A stretch of DNA of 64,000 nt from a virus. Lineage: Duplodnaviria; Caudoviricetes. Positions 18,806 to 28,556 of the stretch are shown in pieces. A program made the position numbers and the translations under genes. Below the pieces are notes generated by a model, which searched no databases, was not told where the DNA came from, and saw only the letters and a list, made by a program, of their open reading frames with translations. The stretch lies in the IMG/VR virus record IMGVR_UViG_3300031992_000070, positions 1-64,000 of that record; one strand, given 5' to 3'. The number at the start of each line of letters is the position of its first letter. Positions within the stretch are counted from its first letter, which is position 1.

Positions 18806-19668
18806 TTCTTGCCCTCCTTCTTGTCTTTAACCTCTTCGGAACTATCGAAATCTTGGAACTTCTGTGCCACATCTGCGGCTTTCTGTGCGTCAACAATAGC
18901 CTGTTCATCATTATCCGTGTATTCGTATTTATTTTCCTCACGCATAACACTCTGGTCTGCACGAATAGCATCTTGAAGTTCGGTAGAAAGGACACCGTTT
19001 TTGCTAAGGTTCAGTTTGATAACCGTCTTTCTTGCCATGTCGTCGAAATCGGTAGTCCATTTACTTTGCTCCCTAATGTAAGGTGTTTTTGACTTGTATG
19101 TCTGTGAATATCGTAATGCGTGTGCGTTCATTTCCTCCTTACTCATATACAATGTGCTTTCAAAGCCGTTAATCAAAAGGAAATAATTAACATATCCGAT
19201 GATAGGAGTTTCAAGTCTCTTAGCCTCATCTTTAATCCAGTTCCATTCGATTTCACCTGTAAGGCGATTGCGCTTGACTAATTCGCCATCACGAACATCT
19301 GTAGTATTGATTCGCTTGTATTGCCCTGTGCGTAACGCAAGTTGCTGGAAACCCTTGTAACCCAACTGAAACTGTGCCTCTGTTACACCACGCTTGTTAT
19401 TCTTGTACGGTACGACGTGCGCCATTCCCAATGTCGGCTCTATTGGCAGGTTTAATGCGGTAGCCTTCAACGCTGCAAACATAAGCGTATAAGGCTCGCA
19501 CTCCTGTAGGTTTGCGTTATTGGCTACAAGTGCCGTCAAATTGCTTACAAACTGACCTTTTCTTTCGTGCAAAAGGTCGGTTAAATACTTTTGCGTTGCA
19601 GGACTTGTGATAGTCTGGTTAAATGTTTTCAGACTGTAAACTTGTGATTTTGTTACTTCGTTTGCCAT
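18802..19668 (-). CDS. recT: RecT-family single-strand annealing protein
   Basis: ALKATALNLPIEPTLGMAHVVPY, AQFQLGYKG, W..DFDDMARKTVIK. Confidence 0.9.
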   Translation of the reverse strand: MANEVTKSQVYSLKTFNQTITSPATQKYLTDLLHERKGQFVSNLTALVANNANLQECEPYTLMFAALKATALNLPIEPTLGMAHVVPYKNNKRGVTEAQFQLGYKGFQQLALRTGQYKRINTTDVRDGELVKRNRLTGEIEWNWIKDEAKRLETPIIGYVNYFLLINGFESTLYMSKEEMNAHALRYSQTYKSKTPYIREQSKWTTDFDDMARKTVIKLNLSKNGVLSTELQDAIRADQSVMREENKYEYTDNDEQAIVDAQKAADVAQKFQDFDSSEEVKDKKEGKK

Positions 19669-19679
19669 AATCTTAATTT

Positions 19680-20684
19680 TTACTCGTTATTATCCTTTAT
19701 TTTTATCGTTACGTATGCACGCTTTTTTGTAGTCTTTTGGTATTGCTTCTTTAACTTGTTTGCAATACGCGGCCTTTTAGCCTCTATTTCGTTTGCGAAA
19801 ATAGCTTTGTAATCCACGCTAACGCTTTCGGATGCCTGCACCAGTGTAATTGCCCACGCATCATTTTTTATGCTTTTTACGCCCTTTTCTTGCATAAAGT
19901 CGCAAAGCCTTTTTTTGAACTCATCGACCTTGGTTTCGCGTTCTTTGATTTCTGCAAGGATGGTTGTGATGGTGTCAAATTCCTGTTTTACTTTCTCTGG
20001 CAGGTATTCGCTTTCTATTTCATCGCCATCATAATAGCTGTCAAATGTTTCCAAGAAATCATTAACAATATCCATCGCATCTGAAAGTCTGTACATTCTC
20101 GCTTCTTTGTCTATACTCCGCAATTGCTTTACGGTGAGTCTTGACGTGTCGAACTCAAAACCGTCTTCAAGGTTCATTCCTTCCGTCGAATAATGCACCA
20201 AAGAAAGTTTTACCTTATAACCCCCAAGTTCTTTTGCAATCTCATTAGCAATCACCCAATGAATAATCAACTGTGCCTTATACGTGGCTCTTGTTTGTTC
20301 AAATGTAAACTTAGTACATTTAACCTCGTACACATTAAGCACTTTGTTTTCGTCATCTTGCAGCACAATGTCGGGGTGCGCAAGTAGCTTAACATTCTTG
20401 CGGCTATACTTCTTACTAACCCAGCATGGATTGGACTGATACCTATCGTTATTGGCTTTCAAATGCTCAAATACAAGCATTTCCAACTCATCTCCCGCAC
20501 GAACAGCAGCAGTGTAAGGAATATCCTCCTGCTCTATCAGTCCTTTACACACGGCAAGTCTTTTGTATGCAGACTTTGGAATGACACCGCTTTCCGCAAC
20601 TTGCAAAATAAGTTTTCCATCGCTACTTCCGAGCGCACCGCATCTTGAACTGCGGATTTCATTTTTGTAATCCAATTCTTCCAT
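19680..20684 (-). CDS. YqaJ/lambda-exonuclease-like recombination nuclease
   Basis: RCGALGSSD, HPD..YEVKCT..YKAQL; adjacent to RecT. Confidence 0.8.
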   Translation of the reverse strand: MEELDYKNEIRSSRCGALGSSDGKLILQVAESGVIPKSAYKRLAVCKGLIEQEDIPYTAAVRAGDELEMLVFEHLKANNDRYQSNPCWVSKKYSRKNVKLLAHPDIVLQDDENKVLNVYEVKCTKFTFEQTRATYKAQLIIHWVIANEIAKELGGYKVKLSLVHYSTEGMNLEDGFEFDTSRLTVKQLRSIDKEARMYRLSDAMDIVNDFLETFDSYYDGDEIESEYLPEKVKQEFDTITTILAEIKERETKVDEFKKRLCDFMQEKGVKSIKNDAWAITLVQASESVSVDYKAIFANEIEAKRPRIANKLKKQYQKTTKKRAYVTIKIKDNNE

Positions 20685-20698
20685 AATAATTCTTTTGT

Positions 20699-21043
20699 TT
20701 AATCGTTATTGTAAGGTCGTGTCTGTATGCACAGAACCTCGTTTGCGTTTAGTGCGTTTACAAGTACGGATTTGCCGTGTACCTCGTCATAGAAGCTACT
20801 CATAAATCCGAAGACTATGCACGGTACTCCAGTATGTGCCTTTATCTTTTTAAGATACTCTACAACTTTCGGCTTAAACACCATTATTTTTAGCGTCTGT
20901 CTATAGTTGTTTTCTGTAGAGTTGGCATTTGCTTTTGATTCAACGTCAAGGCCGAAATACATAAACGTTCCTCCGTTTTGCGTTTTGCCTTCTTTTAGCA
21001 CAGAGCCTATCCGTCCTTGTAGAATTACAATGTTTTTATCCAC
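20699..21043 (-). CDS. Single-stranded DNA-binding protein (OB fold)
   Basis: NIVILQGRIG start; follows the RecT/exonuclease module. Confidence 0.6.
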   Translation of the reverse strand: MDKNIVILQGRIGSVLKEGKTQNGGTFMYFGLDVESKANANSTENNYRQTLKIMVFKPKVVEYLKKIKAHTGVPCIVFGFMSSFYDEVHGKSVLVNALNANEVLCIQTRPYNND

Positions 21044-21062
21044 GTCTATTTATTTTAATTAG

Positions 21063-21136
21063 TGGTCTTGGGTGGAATCGAACCACCGATTAACGCCTTT
21101 CGGTAAGCGTTGCTTCATCCAACGAAGTTCAAGACC
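21063..21136 (-). ncRNA. tRNA-like RNA with a 10-nt anticodon loop
   Basis: Acceptor GGTCTTG/CAAGACC, D arm CTTC/GAAG, T arm GGTGG-TTCGATT-CCACC; loop TTACCGAAAG. Confidence 0.7.
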
Positions 21137-21299
21137 AAGTTGCCCCACCGCTGTAGGGCTTAGTTGAATTTTTAAATAATTGTTTAACTTTTAACCATAA
21201 CAATGATACACCCTCACGGGCTTATATACGATGCAAAGTTACAAATAAACTTTGAATATTTCAAAATCCTATAACATAGTTTAAGTTAAAAAACCAAAA

Positions 21300-23054
21300 C
21301 TACATTTTTACGCTTTTCAAAAGTTCATCGTAGTCCTTTGCTGCGTGGCAAACAGCGTTCATCGCGCTACCGATAACACGGCCTTGGATAGTATCGCTAG
21401 TCCAGTGATAACGGGCGATGGTACGGTTGGTTGCAAAGGCATTCATTTCACGTAGGATTAAGTCTGCCTTATACGGATATATTTCAGTAAGTGACATACC
21501 TCCGCACCAGCTGCCGCTTGAATGGCCGCTCGGATATGAGTTGGCGTACAGTTCGGTTCGCTGTATTTCCTCAAAGTCTTCTGGTGAATCAACCTTGTCT
21601 GGTTGAGTCCAATTGCCGTTTGCATCGTAGTATCCCGTGGGGTTTCCGTCCCCATCCTCAATGAACCAATCTGTTGAAGCGTTCCATCTGTTGTCTGTTT
21701 CGGAGTGCTTCTTACATTCCTGTTCCCATGAACATGCTGGTCGTAATCGGCCATACTCTATCGCACCGAGTGACTGGTCTGCATGTTGCAGGATTCCGCG
21801 TGCGCTGCCGCCTATCTGTTTGATAAGGTTTATAAAATCAGCTAGTTTACTATTAGGGGTGATGTATTCGCCTATAGTTTTCTCGCCGAACACCGCATTG
21901 AACTCATATCCATGAACATCTTTTTTTCCACTTCCGAAAAAGTGGTTGGTGTCCCAGTCTTTGTCTGCTATTGCCTGTACCGTGGTCTGTTTTGGCAGAT
22001 TTTCGCTTGAAACAATAAAGTTGTGAATGTCCATATCCATTTGCAAGCATCCGTTTTCAGTCTTTGCGTCAGGGAACGTAGGATTATTTTTGCTTCTGTC
22101 TTTATAAGCTGGCGCGTAAGGTGCAGGTGCGCTTGCCATAAACTTTCGCAAGTCAATATAGAAAGCATCGTCAGTGACGTGGTTGCGTGGCTCGACATCC
22201 CATAACTCATATAGTGTCTTGTCGTATTTACGTCCTCCGACCTCACTGCGCATTGTGTCTGTGTCTGGCTTTAGGATTGAGCGCATGGCGACGTAGACCA
22301 CAGATGCAACAAGTCTTGCAACGTTAGGGTCGCTGCGGAACTCGTATCCGTAGATGTTGCTGTTCATTGTGTAGCCGCCAGCCTCGTAGCCAACCTTAAA
22401 TATATAGTTTCGTTTCTGTGGGCAAAGTTCAGACGTATGCAATGCTATTATCCAACCCACCATCGTCTTAAATGCAGCGTCCTCGTCTGTTCGTTCGCCC
22501 CAATAGTCGTACACGATGGGAAAGTTTGTACGGCTGTAAAGCAGCGGCAGCGTGCATCTTGCGGGCTTGTAGTATTGCCAATAAACCTCGTCATATAACT
22601 TGGAAAGATAGTTGTAGGTCTGTGAATCCTTTGCAATATTGATGGTGGAGGTAAACTTGTCCAGCACATCGTTTAGGACAGTATAGTCCACCTTTTCTTC
22701 GGGTTCAGGAGTCGGCTCTGGTGTGGGCTCAGGTTCTGGAGTAGGATGTTGTGCTTCAATCTCAGCTTCCGTCGCCTCACGGAAATATCGTTCCCACATC
22801 TTTATCGCAGGGTCGATGTCAGCACCTAGGTAGACTATTCCAACCTCATAAGGCTTGATTTCATCGGTACACATATACCAAGTTCCAGAGTCGATGCTCT
22901 TTAGCTTGCTAGAACTGCCGACAATCTGATGCGCTTGTGGCTGTGGCTGGTTAATGACTTGCAGAGTTTCCTCTGCGGTTTTTCTCGTTGTCATGTAAAT
23001 GATGACTGCGGCTAAAGCTATAGCAACCGCGATAATAACCCATAATGTTACCAT
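21300..23054 (-). CDS. Membrane-anchored PAP2/class A acid phosphatase-superfamily protein
   Basis: N-terminal TM helix, PEPT linker, catalytic motifs GRLRP, SYPSGHS, RTIARYHWTSD. Confidence 0.85.
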   Translation of the reverse strand: MVTLWVIIAVAIALAAVIIYMTTRKTAEETLQVINQPQPQAHQIVGSSSKLKSIDSGTWYMCTDEIKPYEVGIVYLGADIDPAIKMWERYFREATEAEIEAQHPTPEPEPTPEPTPEPEEKVDYTVLNDVLDKFTSTINIAKDSQTYNYLSKLYDEVYWQYYKPARCTLPLLYSRTNFPIVYDYWGERTDEDAAFKTMVGWIIALHTSELCPQKRNYIFKVGYEAGGYTMNSNIYGYEFRSDPNVARLVASVVYVAMRSILKPDTDTMRSEVGGRKYDKTLYELWDVEPRNHVTDDAFYIDLRKFMASAPAPYAPAYKDRSKNNPTFPDAKTENGCLQMDMDIHNFIVSSENLPKQTTVQAIADKDWDTNHFFGSGKKDVHGYEFNAVFGEKTIGEYITPNSKLADFINLIKQIGGSARGILQHADQSLGAIEYGRLRPACSWEQECKKHSETDNRWNASTDWFIEDGDGNPTGYYDANGNWTQPDKVDSPEDFEEIQRTELYANSYPSGHSSGSWCGGMSLTEIYPYKADLILREMNAFATNRTIARYHWTSDTIQGRVIGSAMNAVCHAAKDYDELLKSVKM

Positions 23055-23062
23055 AATTAAAA

Positions 23063-23635
23063 CTATCTAATGTCTACAAAATCTATCAGTAAAATATCGT
23101 CTTTAGTTCCTTTGGCAAGATTTTCTTTGTTGTGGATGGCAGCATATAGCCACGGCCACCAGTCATCTATGATTCGCGGGTAGCATACCGACGAATATTT
23201 CTCGTCGCAGGTAGGGTGACATCTGAAGCTATAGTCGCAAGTCCAATTATACAGGTTTCGTCCGCACCAGAACTTGATTTTAGGATAGTCTGACACGGAA
23301 ACATAACAGAAACTTCTGAAAAACTCTACGGACTTCTCATATTGCTTTCTTGTCCTAGCCTCATGTATAATACGGACAAAGCAGTCTCCTTTATCGTTAA
23401 GGAACGCGAGGTCGTCCTTTAACTGCTGTTCGCTAATTTCGTAAACAACAAGTCCGTGAGCTACTTGCATTTTCCACTTCTTCCACCTTACGCGCAGGTC
23501 AAAGCACCGCACTCCGTACTTTTCGTACTGTTCTCTGATGTCCACTCTCTGACATTTCGCCATAAAGTGGAACGGCCACATCCACCAGTGCTTCGGTGGA
23601 AGGTATGACCAACTGTTGTGACTACCTAGTATCAT
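23063..23635 (-). CDS. PI-PLC X-domain-like phosphodiesterase
   Basis: LGSHNSWSY..Q..IREQY..GVRCFDLRV..VAHG. Confidence 0.75.
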   Translation of the reverse strand: MILGSHNSWSYLPPKHWWMWPFHFMAKCQRVDIREQYEKYGVRCFDLRVRWKKWKMQVAHGLVVYEISEQQLKDDLAFLNDKGDCFVRIIHEARTRKQYEKSVEFFRSFCYVSVSDYPKIKFWCGRNLYNWTCDYSFRCHPTCDEKYSSVCYPRIIDDWWPWLYAAIHNKENLAKGTKDDILLIDFVDIR

Positions 23636-26600
23636 TTTTCTTTCATTGCTTTAAAACGTTTCAATACTTCTTTGTAATAATCTGGTGTTGACTTATCTGG
23701 AAACATCATTCCTAAATCAATCAGCAGTTTATCTATCTCCACAATATCCTCCCAAGTGAGTTTATTGTCTTTCTCTGCTTGGTGGTAGCCTAATAGAAAT
23801 GCTTCTTTACTACTACAATCTCTTAACCTACCATCTTGGAAATGTTCTAAGTATCTATCTTCTGCCTTACTCATAATCTTTCGTATATTGTCTTTATTCT
23901 TTTTCCATCTTTTCCTATAACAGCTACAGGAACAACATTAAACGGCTTACAAAACTTCCATATTAACCTTTTGTTAAGAGGATTTTTGAGCCATTTTTTA
24001 TAGATTCTACGTTTCATCTTTCATTGCTTGTTTGAATTTTTGTTTCTATTTCTTCATAATCTGCCAACTTAGACTCTCTTATTCCATCAGGACTAATAAT
24101 TGCTACTTTATCTTTTGGAAATTGTTTCATAAAGATATAGTTTTGTATCAATTTCTTTTGATAGCCACGTCCACCACAGAAAACAACGTGACCACCACTC
24201 TCTAATGCAGCATCTATCCTTGCTTTAATTTTTCTATTCATCTTTCATTGCTTTATTTAAATTTATAATATATTCATCATCAATTACTCCATTGCGATGT
24301 TCGTTGAGATACATACATACTTTTTCTATCATTTCTTCCCTTGCAATCTCCACTGCTTCTAATGCTTCGTTTGTTGGAATCCAAGGAAAATTCTCAGTTA
24401 TATGATTAACCTTTCCTCTTATTCTCTTTTTAATAAATTCTTCAGCCCTACTCATAGTTCTATTTCTTAATTACGATTACTTTTACTTCTGAGCCTACGA
24501 GATAATTATCTGCTGGTAATCTGAAGGAAAACAACGCAGCACCTTGGAATCCAAAACATTGTGCATCAATAGCTTTTGCCATCATCTGCTGCTCCATTTT
24601 GTTCATACCTGCAAGCATGGCATGGTCTTCTGCAAGTTCAATGGTAGATTGGTCTTGCTCTTTCTGCCATTTAGCAACCCTCACAGCAATCCTGCTTAAC
24701 TTGGCAAATGACACCTCTTGGAATTGCTTGGATAGTTCGTTGATATACTCACCTAAGTCATCACCTACTGGTTCTTCTTGCGAATTATTTCCAAAGTTGC
24801 ATGAATTATCAAGATTTAGCAAGTCAGAAGTGTATGCCCATCTTTTAACCATCCCATAATTATTAATAGATTGTCGATGGATTATTCTTCCGTCGTTTGT
24901 TTCAATGAGCAAATCATCACGTTCAGGCTTTTCACTTGCATCGTGCCAAATGCTTACAGGCTCTTCTTGCAAGGAGTCAATAAAAGCAAGCAGTTCTGTC
25001 AATACTGATTTCTGGCCATCAGCAAAGTCTGTGCGTATTCCAAGTATTTTCTCCCTAAGCCTTTCAACCTCTTCACGAATCTTCTCTTTGTCTGTCATAT
25101 CTTATTCGCTTATTAAGTTCATAACTTTATTGTACGATTCTGCGTTTAAATTGTACCTTGTTCCGTTTTTAAGGATAAGTATATAGTCTGTGTAGCTAAA
25201 ACCGCCTTCTATATGACAAGAGCTAATTTCGTCAACATTGACCATTATCTCGCCACATCTGCCTTGAGTGCGTAAACTAATAAATTGTGCCATAACTATT
25301 TATTTTTAAATGCAATCACAAGACTTAAAATAAGTGTGCATAATAGCATTGTAACACAAATTGTTGTAACTTCTTCATGCATATCATTACTTTCCTTTCT
25401 GTGCCTTATTACTTACATGCATACCAAGTTCAAAGAAATGCTTGGCAATAGCCTTACCGACAATACCATTTACCAACTTGTTATATACAGGGTCTTCCTC
25501 AACAAAATCCTTGTATTCTTTCTCCAAGTCCACCTCTTTCACCTCAAGGGTGTCGATGAACATAATAATTCTATTTAGTTGATGTGCTGTCCTCACAACC
25601 CACTCCTTGTCACTTTCACATATTATATGGTCGAGCAACTTGCGTTTTCTTCTTTCTATCTCCGCCACTACAGCGGATTTGTCTATTAGTTTCATAAGCC
25701 TAAATTATTTTATTTATTATTTAAAATATACGTAATAGTGTATAATCGCCAAAATAACGGTGAATAAAGCGCCAGCAAACCATATTAAAGCTTCACCTAA
25801 ATATCCTTTATCATCCATACTATTACTCTCATTTCATATAGTTTATGAATTTCTCAATGTCTTCATCAATTAGACAACTATGAGTATCTTCATTATAAAA
25901 GTTGTTTAGCCATTCCGCAGCTTTGTCAATAAAGGCATCAGTGCGGGTGTACTCAACAAAGATATTACTATGAGGATTACTTTCAAACCAACCATCATGT
26001 GCATTTGGTTGAACATATATTTTATCTGGTGCGTTTGTTTTCATAACTTCAACCTTTTAGTTTCTTTAAATCTTGATAGAGTGAATCAAATATAGGAAAG
26101 CAATATCTTTCATCACCGTCGTATCTTTTATCTTTAAGCCATTGTTTAAGAGTATCCATCTGCTCATCACTAGGCTTCCACTTTGACTGAGGTCTGAGCG
26201 AGTGAAGAGCAGATAACACTGTATGTTTATCAACTCCACGCCAACAGTTAAAATGGTTGTTCTGTTCCACAAAAGCAATCGCAGCTTCTAATATATTTTT
26301 GTCTAACTGGGTTAATTCAACTTTTGGCTGTACTCTGTCTTTGAGGGATTTGAGCCAATCTAAATCTTTTTGAACGACATCTTTATTTACGTCGGCGGTT
26401 TCACTGTGTAGAATGTTTATAAGGATTTCACAAATATCATCATAATATGGACTATCATATTCACTCCAAGAGGAATTGGGAATTTCCCTCTCGTTCCCAT
26501 TTGCTCCCTGCTCACCTTGTTTTTCAAGTTCTTCTAACCTTTTAATGGCATTTTCACGATAGCCTTTTATGCACTCAAGTTCTTTCTCTATAAACTTATC

Positions 26601-27220
26601 TTTTTCACCTTGCTTTTCAAGCCAAGCAACAGAATCTGTTAAAAGAAATATAGTCTTACTGTCAAGCACATTATTTAGCCTATAATATTCTAAAAAATCA
26701 ATAAGTTCTTTCCTTATCCTCTCATCCTCGCTCTCTGGAACAAAGTCTGCGCATATTCCACGTGCAACTTCAACTGTAATTTTTCCACTATTAACCATCT
26801 CTTGTAGTTTGGCTATAGTGTCTTTATGTAATTTCTTGTAGTCCATAATCACAACAAATTTAATTCATGTAATTTCTCAATCATAGTCACGCAAGCATCA
26901 ACAATGTTGTCTGCTTTAGTATGTAAATCACTTATGTGTGGATATGTAATATAGTTGTCATCAAGTGCTATTATTGGTTTACTGCCTTGAATTTCTGGTA
27001 AAATACCAAGCAATGCTGCAAGACTCCAACATCTAATATCGTAGTTAAAATCTTCTTTGCCATCTTTGAACAATGGTGTAGGACAAATAGATTCTACATC
27101 TGGTGGAAAGTAATCATTATCAATCTGACAAAAATAATACATATCTGCACTCTCTATTGGCAGTATCTCTGCCAACTTGCGGCTCTGTTCTAAATCAGTG
27201 TAACTTTTAATTGTTGCCAT
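23632..27220 (-). CDS. Run of small hypothetical ORFs (23632-23874, 24014-24241, 24234-24455, 24460-25098, 25102-25293, 25387-25695, 25829-26044, 26049-26852, 26849-27220)
   Basis: Codirectional, short spacers; modular motifs (EDERIRKELI, EEPVS, WKPSDEQM). Confidence 0.6.
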
Positions 27221-27253
27221 ACTTTATCCTTTCTTTTAATTGTTACTTATTAG

Positions 27254-27379
27254 TGGAGAAAGCAGACTCGAACTGCTATCTTCTGATGGTATGTTATGGG
27301 ATGCCTCCCAATGGCGCAGATTTTTTATGTACAGTCACTGCTATGACCACCAGATGTTCTGCCTTTGAACTATTTCCCC
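27254..27379 (-). ncRNA. tRNA-like RNA with a 55-nt insert in place of the anticodon loop
   Basis: GGGGAAA/TTTCTCC acceptor, TA-GTTC-AAAGGCA-GAAC D arm, TTCGAGT T loop, 9-bp extended anticodon stem. Confidence 0.7.
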
Positions 27380-27458
27380 AAACGCCCCACCGCTGTGAGG
27401 CTAACTGTTATAAAATTCATAAATATGAAAGAATACCCATCGCGGGCTTATATCAAAA

Positions 27459-27716
27459 GTGGCACATTCTGCCAAGGTGTGTTGTTACACCAAAGACGCC
27501 TACGCATTGCGTGAAGGTCATTAACCTTGCTCATTCCTATTTTCCCACAGCTACATCAGAAATGTGCACCATAATTGTATTTTATTCCGTTATCAGGCTT
27601 TATAATCATACAACCGCAAGATACTATTTTCCGTTTTGCCACATGTGGTAGTTCGCGTCACTCTTTAAAAGATGGCTACCTCCAAGCCTACTTTCCTTGT
27701 CTGTAAAACGTGCCAC
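27459..27716 (-). ncRNA. Structured RNA resembling 23S rRNA H42-H44 (GTPase-associated centre) with a 169-nt insertion
   Basis: Own promoter TAAATTTG at 27739-27746; closed by GTGGCAC/GTGCCAC; GTAGGCTTGGAGGTAGCCATCTTTTAAAGAGTG ... GTGTAACAACACACCTTG. Confidence 0.75.
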
Positions 27717-27790
27717 TACATTATCAAAGAACACTTTGCAAATTTACAACTTTAATTTTGAATATTACAAGTTCGTTAGAATAGATTAAC

Positions 27791-28540
27791 TTAAATATCT
27801 TTAATCTTATTTGTTCCGAAAGTTCCGTTGTTAATCCATCTGAAATACTCGCTGTTCATTTCATCCTGCCATTCCTTTTGGTCGTCATACATCATATCAT
27901 CAGATACATAAGAGAAAAATCTCAAGAGAATTTCATTTACCATATATCCGCGCAGGATGCCGCCTCCATCCATAAACACGTCGTATGGAGCAATCCCTTT
28001 GTCTTCGTTGTTCTTTGATGACTCGTCGCCAACTACGTCAAAGTGCATCCAGCGCAACACAATGCTTTCAACCTTTCGTGCAAACTCTATATTTTCCAAT
28101 CCTAAAGGCTTTAGATACCTTTCCGTGTATCTGTTGAATGCGTGCGGAACGATGTCAATAACCATACCAAGACCTCTATTGCTTCCGTTTACCTTGCTTT
28201 TCATCGCAAACGGGTCGATTGCAAGAATACCCTTTCCAGTATTGCCGTCAATCTTGTTGCTTCCGTTTTTTCTTTTCTTTTCTATTTCGTATGTGGTATA
28301 ACAGAAACTCCAGAACTGTCCTTTCTTTACAGCTTTCTTTGACTTACAGATAATAAGCATCAGCCATTTGTTGTTCCTGTCATCATTAAACCGTATTCTC
28401 TGTACATAAGGGAATCTTGTACCGCGTCCAAACTTGTCCCATATCTCACTTTTAAAATCATCGTAGACGCTTATTGCAGTATTGTAGATTCGGAATGCTT
28501 CAAATGCTTTTTCCTCATCGTTCATCGTAGGTAATACCAT
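27791..28540 (-). CDS. Hypothetical protein
   Basis: Likely start MVLPTMNDEE at 28540. Confidence 0.6.
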   Translation of the reverse strand: MVLPTMNDEEKAFEAFRIYNTAISVYDDFKSEIWDKFGRGTRFPYVQRIRFNDDRNNKWLMLIICKSKKAVKKGQFWSFCYTTYEIEKKRKNGSNKIDGNTGKGILAIDPFAMKSKVNGSNRGLGMVIDIVPHAFNRYTERYLKPLGLENIEFARKVESIVLRWMHFDVVGDESSKNNEDKGIAPYDVFMDGGGILRGYMVNEILLRFFSYVSDDMMYDDQKEWQDEMNSEYFRWINNGTFGTNKIKDI

Positions 28541-28556
28541 ATCCTTATTTTTGTTT

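Noticed and set aside
22700-22745. Tandem DNA repeat / phase-variable tract
   Set aside because: It encodes the Pro-Glu-Pro-Thr linker with synonymous variation; a protein-level repeat only.
27290-27345. Group I intron or BHB intron in a tRNA
   Set aside because: 55 nt is far too short for a group I core, and I see no bulge-helix-bulge motif.
27211-27651. 146-aa + strand ORF (also + ORFs 29747-29938 and 29991-30188)
   Set aside because: Antisense shadows over structured RNA loci with no recognisable protein features.
27459-27716. Host 23S rRNA fragment or chimeric assembly
   Set aside because: Only about 60 nt are rRNA-like. They are split by an insertion, carry compensatory changes and are embedded in phage context with their own promoter, so I did not call it rRNA.
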